This document shows, piece by piece, positions 9,693 to 19,287 of a stretch of 47,180 nucleotides of DNA. A program made the translations under genes and the position numbers. Under the pieces are notes generated by a model, which saw only the letters and a list, made by a program, of their open reading frames with translations, was not told where the DNA came from and did not search any database. The stretch's first letter is position 1. Each line of letters begins with the position of its first letter. Source of the stretch: Actinomycetota bacterium (lineage in GTDB: Bacteria; Actinomycetota; UBA4738; HRBIN12). The stretch lies in the NCBI GenBank assembly GCA_021325015.1, contig JAJPHY010000113.1, positions 1 to 47,180 on the forward strand. Direction: 5' to 3'.

Positions 9693-9791
9693 CGCGGGTC
9701 GGCGGGTCCGCGCTCAAGTCCTCCGGGCAGGGCGACGAGGGAGATGGTTGAAAGGGCCGGCCCCTGGGAGCACGCTGAGCGGGCGCGGCCG

Positions 9792-9821
9792 TTGACATTT
9801 CGGCACCTCGTTCGATAGCAA
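9792..9821 (+). promoter_or_regulatory. Candidate sigma70-type promoter for the M23 peptidase
   Basis: Perfect TTGACA at 9792-9797; weak -10 (TAGCAA) at 9816-9821. Confidence 0.4.
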
Positions 9822-9831
9822 GGTCACCCAC

Positions 9832-11001
9832 GTGAGAGCGAACCGGGGACGCTCGAGCTCCATCTGGCGCCGGCTGGTCGGCGCGGCCGCCGCGTTCGCG
9901 CTCCTCGGGCTGCTCGCGCCGGCGGGCGCGCGGGCCGATATCAAGGGTCAGCTCGACCGGGCGAAGGCTCGCCTGGAGCAGCTCAAGCGCGAGATCGCTC
10001 ACCAGTACGAGGTCGTCAAGGCGATCGAGTCCCGGGCAGCGGCCGTCGCGGCCCGCCTGCTCGACGCGAAGGACGCCTACGATCAGATCACCGCCGAGCT
10101 CAACCGGACCCGCGACGAGCTCGCGCGGGCGAGCGAGCGGTACACGGAGCTCCGCGACCGCCTGAACGCGCGCGCCCGCGAGGCGTACATGCAGGGCGCG
10201 GGCAGCCCGATCGAGTTCCTGCTCTCGGCCACCTCGTTCGCCGACCTCACCGATCGCGTCGAGTACGTCGACGCCGTCACGCAGAGCGATGCCGACCTCG
10301 CGAACCAGGTGCAGAACCTCAAGAACGACCTCTCGGCCAAGGAGCGTGACCAGCAGCGGCTGCAGGAGCGGCAGGCGCAGAAGCTGAACGAGATCCAGAC
10401 GCAGCAGGCGCAGGTCGACGCGGAGCTCGCGCAGGCCAAGCGGGTCTACGACGACATCCAGCGAAAGAAGGACGAGGCGGCGAGGCTCGTCGAGAAGCTC
10501 GGGAAGCAGTACCGGAACTACCTGCAGTCCCTCTACAACATCGGGTACAACCCCAACGGGGTCTTCAAGGTCTGTCCGGTGGGGCAGCCGCACATCCTGA
10601 CCGACTCGTTCGGCGCGCCGCGCTACGCGGGCGGGTTTCACCTGCACGCCGGCAACGACATCATGGCCCCGATGGGCACGCCGATCCTCGCGCCCTTCGA
10701 CGGGACCGCCCGCTCGAGCTCCAACGGGCTGGGAGGTCTCGCCGAGTACGTGTACGGCCCCACCGGCTACGTCTACAACGCGCACCTCTCCGCCTACTCG
10801 GCCAGCTCGAACGGACCGGTGCACGCCGGCGACGTCATCGGCTACGTCGGCAACACGGGCGACGCCGCCGGCGGCCCGACCCACGACCACTTCGAGTGGC
10901 ACCCGAACCAGATCCCCTCGAACTGGCCGGCGAGCCCCTACGGCTACTCGGTCATCGGCAGCGCGGTGAACCCCTACCCGCTGCTCTCGCAGGTCTGCTG
11001 A
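9832..11001 (+). CDS. Secreted coiled-coil M23 metallopeptidase (murein hydrolase/activator)
   Basis: Signal peptide, PcsB-like coiled coil (FLLSATSFADL), HAGND (HxxxD), YNAHL, HDHFEW (HxH). Confidence 0.9.
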   Translation: MRANRGRSSSIWRRLVGAAAAFALLGLLAPAGARADIKGQLDRAKARLEQLKREIAHQYEVVKAIESRAAAVAARLLDAKDAYDQITAELNRTRDELARASERYTELRDRLNARAREAYMQGAGSPIEFLLSATSFADLTDRVEYVDAVTQSDADLANQVQNLKNDLSAKERDQQRLQERQAQKLNEIQTQQAQVDAELAQAKRVYDDIQRKKDEAARLVEKLGKQYRNYLQSLYNIGYNPNGVFKVCPVGQPHILTDSFGAPRYAGGFHLHAGNDIMAPMGTPILAPFDGTARSSSNGLGGLAEYVYGPTGYVYNAHLSAYSASSNGPVHAGDVIGYVGNTGDAAGGPTHDHFEWHPNQIPSNWPASPYGYSVIGSAVNPYPLLSQVC

Positions 11002-11094
11002 GCGTGCGCTCGCCCCGTGACGGCGGGCCACCGAGCCGCCCGCGAGGTCCGGCGCGCGCTACCCTTCGATCCTCGCGGTTCGACGGAGGCCAGG

Positions 11095-11958
11095 GTGAAG
11101 GCTGAGGAGATCGAGCGCGTCGGCGTGGTGGGATGCGGTGTGATGGGCTCGGGCATCGTGGAGGTCTGCGCGCGGGCCGGCATGGACGTGGTCTTCGTCG
11201 AGGCGACGCAGGGGCTGGTCGAGCGCGGCCGAGCGCTCGTGGAGGCCTCGACGCTCCGGGCCGTCGAGCGCGGCAAGATCTCCGAGGCCGAGCGCCAGGC
11301 GGAGCTCGGGCGGATCCGCGGCGCGACGAGCCTGGACGAGCTGGCCGACCGCCAGATCGTGATCGAGGCCGCCACCGAGGACGCCGGCACCAAGCGCGAG
11401 GTGTTCCGCCGGCTCGACGAGGTCACGCCGCCCGATTCCGTCCTCGCGAGCAACACGTCCTCGATCCCCATCGTCGAGCTCGCCTCGGTCACCAAGCGCC
11501 CGGACAAGGTGCTGGGCATGCACTTCTTCAACCCCGTGCCGGTGATGGGCCTGATCGAGCTCGTGCGCGCGATCACCACCTCGGAGGAGACCGTCGAGCT
11601 CGGGCGGGCCTTCGGCGTTCGCCTCGGCAAGACGACGGTGGAGTCGCGCGACCGGGCCGGCTTCATCGTGAACCTGCTCCTGATCCCGTACCTGAACGGC
11701 GCGATCCGGATGCTCGAGGAGGGGTTCGCGACGCGCGAGGACATCGACACGGCGATCCACCTCGGCCTCGCGCACCCGATGGGACCGCTGCAGCTCCTCG
11801 ACCTGATCGGGCTCGACACGGCGATGCACGTGGCCAACGTGCTCTACGAGGAGTTCAAGGAGCCGCTGTTCGCCCCACCGCCGCTGTTGAAGCGGATGGT
11901 CACGGCCGGCCGCCTCGGCCGCAAGACCGGCCGCGGCTTCTACGAGTACGAGACCTGA
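11095..11958 (+). CDS. hbd: 3-hydroxybutyryl/3-hydroxyacyl-CoA dehydrogenase
   Basis: GGAGG RBS then GTG; VGVVGCGVMGSG, LASNTSSIP, GMHFFNPV, GFIVNLLL, HPMGPL, GRKTGRGFYEY. Confidence 0.9.
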   Translation: MKAEEIERVGVVGCGVMGSGIVEVCARAGMDVVFVEATQGLVERGRALVEASTLRAVERGKISEAERQAELGRIRGATSLDELADRQIVIEAATEDAGTKREVFRRLDEVTPPDSVLASNTSSIPIVELASVTKRPDKVLGMHFFNPVPVMGLIELVRAITTSEETVELGRAFGVRLGKTTVESRDRAGFIVNLLLIPYLNGAIRMLEEGFATREDIDTAIHLGLAHPMGPLQLLDLIGLDTAMHVANVLYEEFKEPLFAPPPLLKRMVTAGRLGRKTGRGFYEYET

Positions 11959-11982
11959 GCGGGGCGGTCGTCGCCGCCGGTC

Positions 11983-12438
11983 TCATTCGTCCGGCGGCTC
12001 GCCGAGCAGCGCGGGCGCCGTGAGCGCGGCGATCACGAACAGCCCGAACGCGGTGACGTGGGCCACGGTGCACCACTCGCAGATCGCCCCGATGAGGAAC
12101 AGCTCCGCGTAGACGAGCCACAGGACGAAGGCCACGCCGGCGATCGAGCCGACCAGCCGCGCGAGGTGCACGAGCCGGTGCTCGGTGCTCCACGCGGCCG
12201 GGAGGCAGAGCGCGGTCATCGCGATGAACCAGACCAGCCCGAGCACCGCCACCGGCATGCCGAGGAACCGCGACTGGGCGCTGGTCGTCACCAGGGCGCA
12301 GTCGATCGTGCCGTTCGCGGGGCACGCGAGCACGTTCGGCGACGTGAAGTGGGCGATCGTGAGGTAGATCGAGGCACCGAGCCCGACGAGCGACAGGATC
12401 AGGCTCGCCGGCGGGACCCAGCGCGCGACCCGGCTCAC
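11983..12438 (-). CDS. Vitamin K epoxide reductase (VKOR) family protein
   Basis: Loop Cys pair CPANGTIDC, TTSAQS...GMPVAVLG, CEWC motif in TM4; GTGA overlap with upstream gene. Confidence 0.9.
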   Translation of the reverse strand: MSRVARWVPPASLILSLVGLGASIYLTIAHFTSPNVLACPANGTIDCALVTTSAQSRFLGMPVAVLGLVWFIAMTALCLPAAWSTEHRLVHLARLVGSIAGVAFVLWLVYAELFLIGAICEWCTVAHVTAFGLFVIAALTAPALLGEPPDE

Positions 12439-13376
12439 GGCCCCTTCTGCGCCTGCTGCAGGTAGGGCGCCGAGCACACGGAGGCCGGTCGCCCGCCGGT
12501 GAGGTCGCAGATCAGCGCCGTGATCTGGTTGGCCGCACCGAGGATCTCGCGCCCGACGGGGTTCGAGGGATCCGTGAGCAGGTTCGCGATCTGGTCGAAC
12601 GTGTAGGTGTTCAGCGTGTCGCCGTTGTAGGTCGCGCCCGCCCACGCGTACAGGTTCCCGATCATGACGAAGGGGATGCCCCCGTCGGTGCCGCCCGTGT
12701 ACTGCTGCCGGTCGTAGGTCTCGAACAGCCGCTGCTGCTCGGGCGTCATTGGGTCGAGGGCGGTGTACCCCCCGTTCGAGGTCGGCCTGTTCGTGTGGGT
12801 CTCGACGGCCGAGAACACGAGGTAGTCGCTCGTGTAGGTCGCGCCGTGGAACGTGAGCGTCGGCGTGTTGGGGTGGATGTCGTTCGCCGCCGAGGTCGTG
12901 GTTCGCAGGTTCGAGAACGTGCCGAACCGGCTGAGCGCGACCACGACCGGCCAGCGCTCCATCGCGCAGAAGGGGCAGTACTCGGCCCCGACGTAGGTCA
13001 CGACCGGCTTGCCGTCTTGCAGGACGGGCGGCGTCCCCGCCGGCAGGTGCGGGATCGTGGGGAGGTTCTTGGGGATGCCGACCTTCGCCAACGCCGACTC
13101 CGGAACGTTCGTGACCTTCGCGATGGCCGCCGCGGAGCCGCGATCGGTGCTCTGCGGGGTCGAGCGGTTGAGGGACAGCACGATCATGCCCGCCACCACC
13201 GCGACCACGACGCCGACGGCGATCCACGACCAGCGGGCCGAGGAGCGCCGGGTTGACCGGCGGGAGGGTGCGGCACCCGGCCGGTCGGCACGGTTCTTGG
13301 GCAACGCCTCGGCCGCCCGCTGTTGCTGGCGCAACCTGGCGCGCTGCTTCTGGGCGGTGGTGCGCTTCTTGGCCAC
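12435..13376 (-). CDS. DUF929-like membrane-anchored thioredoxin-fold protein
   Basis: Basic N-tail, one TM, GKPVVTYVGAEYCPFCAMERWPVVVALSRFGTF, GGIPF; C-terminal Cys pair. Confidence 0.8.
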   Translation of the reverse strand: MAKKRTTAQKQRARLRQQQRAAEALPKNRADRPGAAPSRRSTRRSSARWSWIAVGVVVAVVAGMIVLSLNRSTPQSTDRGSAAAIAKVTNVPESALAKVGIPKNLPTIPHLPAGTPPVLQDGKPVVTYVGAEYCPFCAMERWPVVVALSRFGTFSNLRTTTSAANDIHPNTPTLTFHGATYTSDYLVFSAVETHTNRPTSNGGYTALDPMTPEQQRLFETYDRQQYTGGTDGGIPFVMIGNLYAWAGATYNGDTLNTYTFDQIANLLTDPSNPVGREILGAANQITALICDLTGGRPASVCSAPYLQQAQKGP

Positions 13377-13436
13377 GCTCGGCTCACCCCGGGCTGGACG
13401 CGGACGGGCCCCGCGCCCGTCACCGTGCACCCGACT

Positions 13437-14399
13437 CTAGCAGCGGTCCCCGAGCCGGGAGGGGTCGGGTGCGGGCCGGAGGCCCCGCCGCGAGCGGGCC
13501 AGGAGCCCCGCCGCATAGCCGGCCATCTTCGCGACGTCGGTGAACGCCATCAGCGCCGGCACCGCCACGAGCGCCGCCGACCGCTCGGCGGGACGGTCGA
13601 GCCGGGCCAGCCCGCGACGCACGGGCCGCGCGACCCGGGCGAGCGCGCCGACCAGGGTCAGGACCTCGAGCAGGCGGCGACGCGACCCCCACGCCCAGGC
13701 GGCCGCCCCGTAGACCGCGTAGCGGAGCGCGTTGCGGCCCGGGTGCATCCCAGCGATGGCGTCGCCCCGCGCGTACCGGAAGTACTGCGTCCACGTCTCG
13801 GCGAGCGAGCCGCGAAGGCGCCAGCGCACCACCGCGTCGCGCGCAAGGCGCATGTCGAGCCCGAGCGCCCGCCACCGCAGGTCGACGTACATGTCCTCGC
13901 CGATGTCGAGCCACTCGGGCCAGCCACCCGCTGCCTCGATCGCCTCGCGCCGGAACGCCACGGACCGCCCGCTCGGCAGGAACCTGGACTCGTCCAGCTC
14001 GCTCGGGTCGGGGAGGTTCACGGCGGCCATGCACGACTGCAGGAAACCCTCGGCGATGGGCCGGTACGCGCCCATGGAGACGTCGGCGCCGCGCTCGATC
14101 GGCTCGAGCAGACGCTCGAGCCAGTCGGGCTCGAGCACGCAGTCGGCGTCGGTGAGCGCGAGCACGTCGTGCGCCGCCGCGGCGAGCGCCACGTTGCGAC
14201 CCCGGGCGATGTTCGCGCCCGGCTGCTCGATCAGCGTGATCCCCGGCGCCCGGCGGAGGACCTCGAGCGTCCCGTCCGTTGACCCGCCGTCGACCACGAT
14301 CACCTCGTCGGGCGCGCGGGTCTGCGCGGCGACCGAGGCGAGGAAGGGCTCCACCTCCTCACGCGCGTCCTTGACCGTGGTGATGAGCGAGACCTTCAC
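13437..14399 (-). CDS. Glycosyltransferase family 2
   Basis: GTG AAG GTC start; IVVDGGSTDGT, NIARGRN, LTDADC. Confidence 0.9.
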   Translation of the reverse strand: MKVSLITTVKDAREEVEPFLASVAAQTRAPDEVIVVDGGSTDGTLEVLRRAPGITLIEQPGANIARGRNVALAAAAHDVLALTDADCVLEPDWLERLLEPIERGADVSMGAYRPIAEGFLQSCMAAVNLPDPSELDESRFLPSGRSVAFRREAIEAAGGWPEWLDIGEDMYVDLRWRALGLDMRLARDAVVRWRLRGSLAETWTQYFRYARGDAIAGMHPGRNALRYAVYGAAAWAWGSRRRLLEVLTLVGALARVARPVRRGLARLDRPAERSAALVAVPALMAFTDVAKMAGYAAGLLARSRRGLRPAPDPSRLGDRC

Positions 14400-15523
14400 G
14401 GGGAGCCCACCACCCGCTCGTACACCTCCAGCGTCATCCGCGCGGTCTCGTCCCATGAGAACCGCTCCGCGCGGCGCCGCCCGGCGATCGACAGCCGGTC
14501 GGCCAGGTCGAGGTCGGTGAGGACGGTCTCGATCGCCTGGGCGATCTCGCGCACCGATCGCGGGTTCACGCCGAGGGCGGCCTCGCCGGCCACCTCGGGC
14601 AGCGAGGAGGTGTTCGACGCGACGGTCGGGATGCCGCGCGCCATGGCCTCGATCACCGGCAGGCCGAAGCCCTCGTACAGCGAGGGGTACACGAAGACGT
14701 CGGCGGCGCGGTAGAGGGCATCGAGGTCCTCCGGCGGGAGCGGTCCGGTGAGCGCGATCTCGCCGGGGCCGGACAGGGCGATCTCGCGCATCAGCGCGTC
14801 GTGATGCCATCCGAGGGCACCCACCAGCACCAGGGCGTGCGGCAGGCCGGTCGCCGCCACCCGCCGGTACGCCCGGATCAGCCGGACCAGGTTCTTGCGC
14901 GGCTCGAGCGTCCCGACGAACAGCACGTAGGGCTGCGGGACCTTCAGGCGGGACAGGACGAGCTCGGAGTCGGCGGTCCCCGGGGCCAGGGCCGGCGCGA
15001 GCGGGACCACGTGGAGCCTCCCCGGGTCGACCCTCGTGCGCGACAGCACGTCCTCGGCGGTGTTGCGAGACGGCGTGATGATCGCGTGGGCACGCTTGAC
15101 CGCGGCCCGAAGGCCGGCCTTGTACAGGTAACGCCAGGTCCGTTCGAACATCCCCGGGAAGAGCTCGAACGCGAGGTCGTGGACGGTGACGACGAGCCGC
15201 TGACGGCCCTCCGCCGGGGGGATCGCGGCCGGGTTCGTGGCGTGCACCACGTCCGCCGACTGCAGTCCCGGAGGGAGCGGCGGCCGCCCCGTGAGGGCCC
15301 ACCTCGGGTAGAGCGTCTTGATCGAGGCCGGGAGCTCCTCGACCCAGAACTCGCGGATCCACCGCTCCGGGGGCTCCCCGGAGGGGAAGCGGCAGTGGAA
15401 CAGCTTGACGTCGAGCGAGGGGTCGCAGCGAACGAGCGCCGGGACCAGGTGGCGCACGTAAGTGCCGATGCCGCCGGGCGTCTGGAACCAGAGCTGGTCG
15501 ACGTGGACCGCGACGCTGGTCAC
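14396..15523 (-). CDS. Glycosyltransferase family 4 (GT-B)
   Basis: VTVHDL, FVGTLEPRKN, YPSLYEGFGLPVIEAMARG, SNTSSLPEV. Confidence 0.92.
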   Translation of the reverse strand: MTSVAVHVDQLWFQTPGGIGTYVRHLVPALVRCDPSLDVKLFHCRFPSGEPPERWIREFWVEELPASIKTLYPRWALTGRPPLPPGLQSADVVHATNPAAIPPAEGRQRLVVTVHDLAFELFPGMFERTWRYLYKAGLRAAVKRAHAIITPSRNTAEDVLSRTRVDPGRLHVVPLAPALAPGTADSELVLSRLKVPQPYVLFVGTLEPRKNLVRLIRAYRRVAATGLPHALVLVGALGWHHDALMREIALSGPGEIALTGPLPPEDLDALYRAADVFVYPSLYEGFGLPVIEAMARGIPTVASNTSSLPEVAGEAALGVNPRSVREIAQAIETVLTDLDLADRLSIAGRRRAERFSWDETARMTLEVYERVVGSP

Positions 15524-15569
15524 GGCGGGCCGTCCGGACGGCCGGCAGCCGGGCTCGTGTCCGACATCG

Positions 15570-15824
15570 CTATCGCACGTCGCCCCGGCCGACCGCGCTC
15601 GGGACGCCGGGCCGGACGAACGGCGCGCGCTCGGGCAGGCCCCAGGGCCGCTCGACGTAGCGGCGCGCCTGCAGCGCGCCGAGGCCGGTCGCCTCCAGGC
15701 GCCCGGCGAGGACCCACGCGTCGGGGTGCGGGCTCTCCTGGAGAAAGTACCGCTCGAGGGCGACGAGGATCGCTCGTTCCTCCTCGGGCGAGAGCCCCTC
15801 CGGGAGCTCGAACCGTCGCTCCAT
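15570..15824 (-). CDS. Small protein, possible acyl-CoA carboxylase epsilon-like subunit
   Basis: Starts 4 nt after the carboxyltransferase stop; EEERAILVAL...AWVLAGRL pattern resembles actinobacterial epsilon subunits. Confidence 0.5.
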   Translation of the reverse strand: MERRFELPEGLSPEEERAILVALERYFLQESPHPDAWVLAGRLEATGLGALQARRYVERPWGLPERAPFVRPGVPSAVGRGDVR

Positions 15825-15827
15825 GGC

Positions 15828-17432
15828 TCAGAGCGGGATGTTGCCGTGCTTGCGCGCCGGCACCGTCTCGCGCTTGGTGGACAGGACGCGGAGCGCCCGC
15901 ACGAGCCGCGGTCGCGTCTCGGCGGGCTCGATCACGTCGTCGACGTACCCGCGCTCGGCCGCCACGTAGGGGTTGGCGAACTTCCGCTCGTACTCGTCGA
16001 TGAGCTCGGCCCGCCGCGCGGCCGGGTCCTCCGCCTTCTCGATCTCCTTGCGGAACACGACGTTCACGGCCGCGTCGGGACCCATCACCGCGATCTCCGC
16101 GGTCGGCCACGCGAAGGACACGTCGGCGCGCAGGTGCTTGGAGTTCATCACGAGGTAGGCGCCCCCGTAGGCCTTGCGCGTGATGACGGTCAGCCGCGGC
16201 ACCGTGGCCTCGGCGAACGCGAACAGCAGCTTGGCGCCGTGGCGGATGATGCCCCCGTACTCCTGAGCGGTGCCGGGCAGGAACCCGGGAACGTCCACGA
16301 ACGTCACGAGCGGCAGGTTGAACGCGTCGCAGAACCGGACGAACCGGGACGCCTTCTCGCTCGAGTCGATGTCGAGCGTGCCGGCGAGCACCTTTGGCTG
16401 GTTGGCGACCACGCCGACGCTCCGGCCGTCGAGCCGCGCAAACCCGATGACGATGTTCATCGCCCAGAACGGAAAGACCTCGAAGAACTCGCCGTCGTCG
16501 ACGACCCGCCGGATCACCTCGTGCATGTCGTAGGGCTCGCGCGCGGAGTCGGGGACGATGTGCGTGAGCCCCTCGTCGCGCCGCTCGGGGTCGTCCACGG
16601 GCGCGAACGCCGGCGGGTCCTCGAGGTTGTTCGAGGGCAGGAACGAGAGCAGGTGCCGGACCATCGCCAGGCACTCCTCCTCGTCCTGCGCCACGAACGA
16701 GGCGACGCCGGACTTGCTCGCGTGGGTCATCGCCCCACCGAGCTCCTCGAAGGAGACCTCCTCGCCGGTGACGGCCTTGATGACCTCGGGGCCCGTGATG
16801 AACATGTGCGAGGTCTCGCGGACCATGAACGTGAAGTCCGTGACGGCCGGCGAGTAGACGGCGCCCCCGGCGCAGGGGCCCATGATCACGCTGATCTGCG
16901 GCACCACGCCGGAGGCGCGAACGTTCCGCTCGAAGATGTGGCCGTAGCCGGCGAGGGAGGCGGCGCCCTCCTGGATTCGCGCGCCCCCCGAGTCGTTGAT
17001 CGCGATGAACGGCGCTCCGGTCGAGGTCGCGAGATCCATCACCTTGCAGATCTTCTGCGCGTGGACCTCGCCCAGGGATCCGCCGATCACCGTGAAGTCC
17101 TGGGACGAGACGAACACGCGCCGGCCGTCGATCGTGCCGTAGCCGGTCACGACGCCGTCGCCCGGCGGGCGGTTGCGCTCCATCCCGAAGTCGTGCGAGC
17201 GGTGGACGACGAGCGGGTCGGTCTCGACGAACGAGCCGCGGTCCAGCAGGAGGTCGATGCGCTCGCGGGCGGTCAGCTTGCCCCGCTCGTGCTGCCGTCG
17301 CACCGCCTCCTTCCGGTGGTCGTCGAGCAGCGCCGCCTTGCGCCTGCGGAGCTCCTCGATCCGGTCCTCGACGGTGCGGGTGCTCGAAGCCTCGGGCACG
17401 GTCACGGGCGCCTCGTCCTCGGTCTTGGCCAT
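15828..17432 (-). CDS. pccB: Acyl-CoA (propionyl-CoA type) carboxylase carboxyltransferase beta subunit
   Basis: [61 protein letters not shown]; TAGACT-7nt-ATG. Confidence 0.9.
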   Translation of the reverse strand: MAKTEDEAPVTVPEASSTRTVEDRIEELRRRKAALLDDHRKEAVRRQHERGKLTARERIDLLLDRGSFVETDPLVVHRSHDFGMERNRPPGDGVVTGYGTIDGRRVFVSSQDFTVIGGSLGEVHAQKICKVMDLATSTGAPFIAINDSGGARIQEGAASLAGYGHIFERNVRASGVVPQISVIMGPCAGGAVYSPAVTDFTFMVRETSHMFITGPEVIKAVTGEEVSFEELGGAMTHASKSGVASFVAQDEEECLAMVRHLLSFLPSNNLEDPPAFAPVDDPERRDEGLTHIVPDSAREPYDMHEVIRRVVDDGEFFEVFPFWAMNIVIGFARLDGRSVGVVANQPKVLAGTLDIDSSEKASRFVRFCDAFNLPLVTFVDVPGFLPGTAQEYGGIIRHGAKLLFAFAEATVPRLTVITRKAYGGAYLVMNSKHLRADVSFAWPTAEIAVMGPDAAVNVVFRKEIEKAEDPAARRAELIDEYERKFANPYVAAERGYVDDVIEPAETRPRLVRALRVLSTKRETVPARKHGNIPL

Positions 17433-17503
17433 TGAGCGGAGTCTACGGCCGAGGGCGGGGCCTGGTCATCCGGCCGGGGGCCGGGCCCGGCCGTCGGGGG
17501 CGC

Positions 17504-17956
17504 TCAGCAGCCCTGCACGCCCGACCACGGACCCCAGCCGTCGGCGTTCACCATCCGGATCGTCACGATCGTGTTGGTTCGCCCGCTCAGCGCGCTCGGG
17601 TCCAGGCGCCAGGACTCCTTGGTCCAGGCCTTGTAGCGATCGGGCCAGGCGTCGGCGTCGTGCTGGAACAGGCCGAGGTACTTCCCGTCGGAGGAGGTCG
17701 CCTTCGGGTTCAGGCCGCTCTCCGCCCTGGCGATGCAGATGGCCTTCGCGGCTCCTCCGGGAACCGCCCACTTGTCCACGGCGCAGCGGATGAACGCCTT
17801 CATCCAGGAGGCCACGCTCTGGCCGTCCCGGCGCTCGATCGCGCAGGGGCCGGGCCTGGCCTCCCCGCTGGCGGTGCCGGAGCCCGGGCCGACGACGGCG
17901 GCGAGCGCCAGCGTGCCGGTCGCGAGCGCCGCGAGGACGAGCTTGGAGCCACGCAT
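17504..17956 (-). CDS. Secreted SLT/lysozyme-like transglycosylase-domain protein
   Basis: Signal peptide; IARAESGLNP (catalytic Glu), LGLFQH, GWGPW. Confidence 0.75.
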   Translation of the reverse strand: MRGSKLVLAALATGTLALAAVVGPGSGTASGEARPGPCAIERRDGQSVASWMKAFIRCAVDKWAVPGGAAKAICIARAESGLNPKATSSDGKYLGLFQHDADAWPDRYKAWTKESWRLDPSALSGRTNTIVTIRMVNADGWGPWSGVQGC

Positions 17957-18136
17957 CGCCGGCCGACCCTACCAGCGCTCGGCAGCGGCGTCTACGCGGG
18001 TGATGCCCTGCAGCGCAACGGTGGGAGAGGACTTCCAACGACGTCCGTCGACGTCGACGCGGCGCTTGGACTCCCTGGCCGGGATCTCGGTCGGCCGGCC
18101 GTCGCGGAAGCATCAGCGGGGTCGGCGTTTCGGTCA

Positions 18137-18158
18137 TGTCGGTGGCTCCTCCTACCAT
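18137..18158 (+). promoter_or_regulatory. PafBC/RecA-NDp-type DNA-damage promoter
   Basis: TGTCGG (18137-42)-N10-TACCAT (18153-58), then 7 nt to in-frame GTG at 18166. Confidence 0.7.
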
Positions 18159-18165
18159 CTCGGCC

Positions 18166-19152
18166 GTGGACGCGATGAAGGAGCTTTCCGCCGCGGCGAC
18201 GGTCGGACGGACGCCCGCAGCGGCGATCGAGCTCACGCCGGCGCAGCGGCGGACGCTGGAGGGTCTGATCGGCAACGGGGTACGGCCGGTCTTCGCCCCC
18301 GAGCTCGCCCAGCGCCTGCGCGACCGGATCGAGGAGGCCGTCCGGACGGCCGAGCTCGAGCGGCCGCTGTGGGTCGGCAAGTCGCTGCTGAACGACCTCG
18401 GGCGGTGCCCGGGCCTGTTCGACGCGGTGCGCTCGGGCGAGCGCGAGCCGTTCGCGTTCTCCTCCAGGTTCGCGTCCGGACGGCTCGTGCACAAGGCGAT
18501 CGAGCTCGAGGTCGCGGGTCGCGAGGACCGCGACCCGCACGCGCTCGCGTCCGCGGCCGCGGAGCGGCTGAATGAGGACGAGGCGTTCTCCGCGTACTGG
18601 AGCGGGCTCGACGAGCTGCGGCAAGACGAGACGCTGATGGAGGCCGCCAAGACCATCGAGCTCTTCCGCTCGACCATGCCCCCGCTCCGGCGCCTTCGTC
18701 GCGAGCTCTCGCCGTCGACCGAGTGGAACGTCCGGGTCGAGCTGCTGGGGGGCGCCCTCGTCCTGTCCGGGACCATGGACCTCGTGATCGGCGCGCCCGC
18801 AGCGGCCGAGCCGGGCCGGGCCACGCGGCTCGCGATCGACCTCAAGACCGGCAAGGCCTGGCCGGAGCACGCGGAGGACATGCGGTTCTACGCGCTGCTC
18901 CTCACGCTCCGATTCGGCGTGCCGCCGTACCGGGTGGCGACGCTCTACCTGGACTCGGGGGAGTGGCAGGCGGAGGACGTCGACCGGCCGATGCTCGACC
19001 GGGCGGCGGACCGGGTCGTGGAAGCGGTCCGGGCGGCGTCGGCCGCCGATCGCGGACACCCGACCCCCCTGCGGCCCGGTCCCTACTGCACGTGGTGCCC
19101 GCGCGCCGCGACCTGTCCGTCGAGCGCCGCTCCCACCGCGGCGATGGCCTGA
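18166..19152 (+). CDS. Stand-alone PD-(D/E)XK nuclease, Cas4/AddB-like with 1+3 Cys
   Basis: GRCPG; GTMDLV...IDLKTG...MRFYAL; PGPYCTWCPRAATCP; start moved from 18136 to 18166 on promoter geometry. Confidence 0.82.
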   Translation: MDAMKELSAAATVGRTPAAAIELTPAQRRTLEGLIGNGVRPVFAPELAQRLRDRIEEAVRTAELERPLWVGKSLLNDLGRCPGLFDAVRSGEREPFAFSSRFASGRLVHKAIELEVAGREDRDPHALASAAAERLNEDEAFSAYWSGLDELRQDETLMEAAKTIELFRSTMPPLRRLRRELSPSTEWNVRVELLGGALVLSGTMDLVIGAPAAAEPGRATRLAIDLKTGKAWPEHAEDMRFYALLLTLRFGVPPYRVATLYLDSGEWQAEDVDRPMLDRAADRVVEAVRAASAADRGHPTPLRPGPYCTWCPRAATCPSSAAPTAAMA

Positions 19153-19287
19153 CCCCACGGCCGTCGTCACGGCCGCTCCTCACCGCGTGCGTCGTCGCGG
19201 GCGACCGCCGTTGCCGCCCGCCGCGTCGGTCGCATATGTTCCGGGCGCCCGCGACGCCCCGACGACGCCCCAACGAGGTGAGCGCTC

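Noticed and set aside
17957-18135. c-di-AMP (ydaO) riboswitch upstream of the SLT hydrolase (also checked 9674-9831 before M23)
   Set aside because: Conserved ydaO sequence blocks not found; the SLT gene appears leaderless
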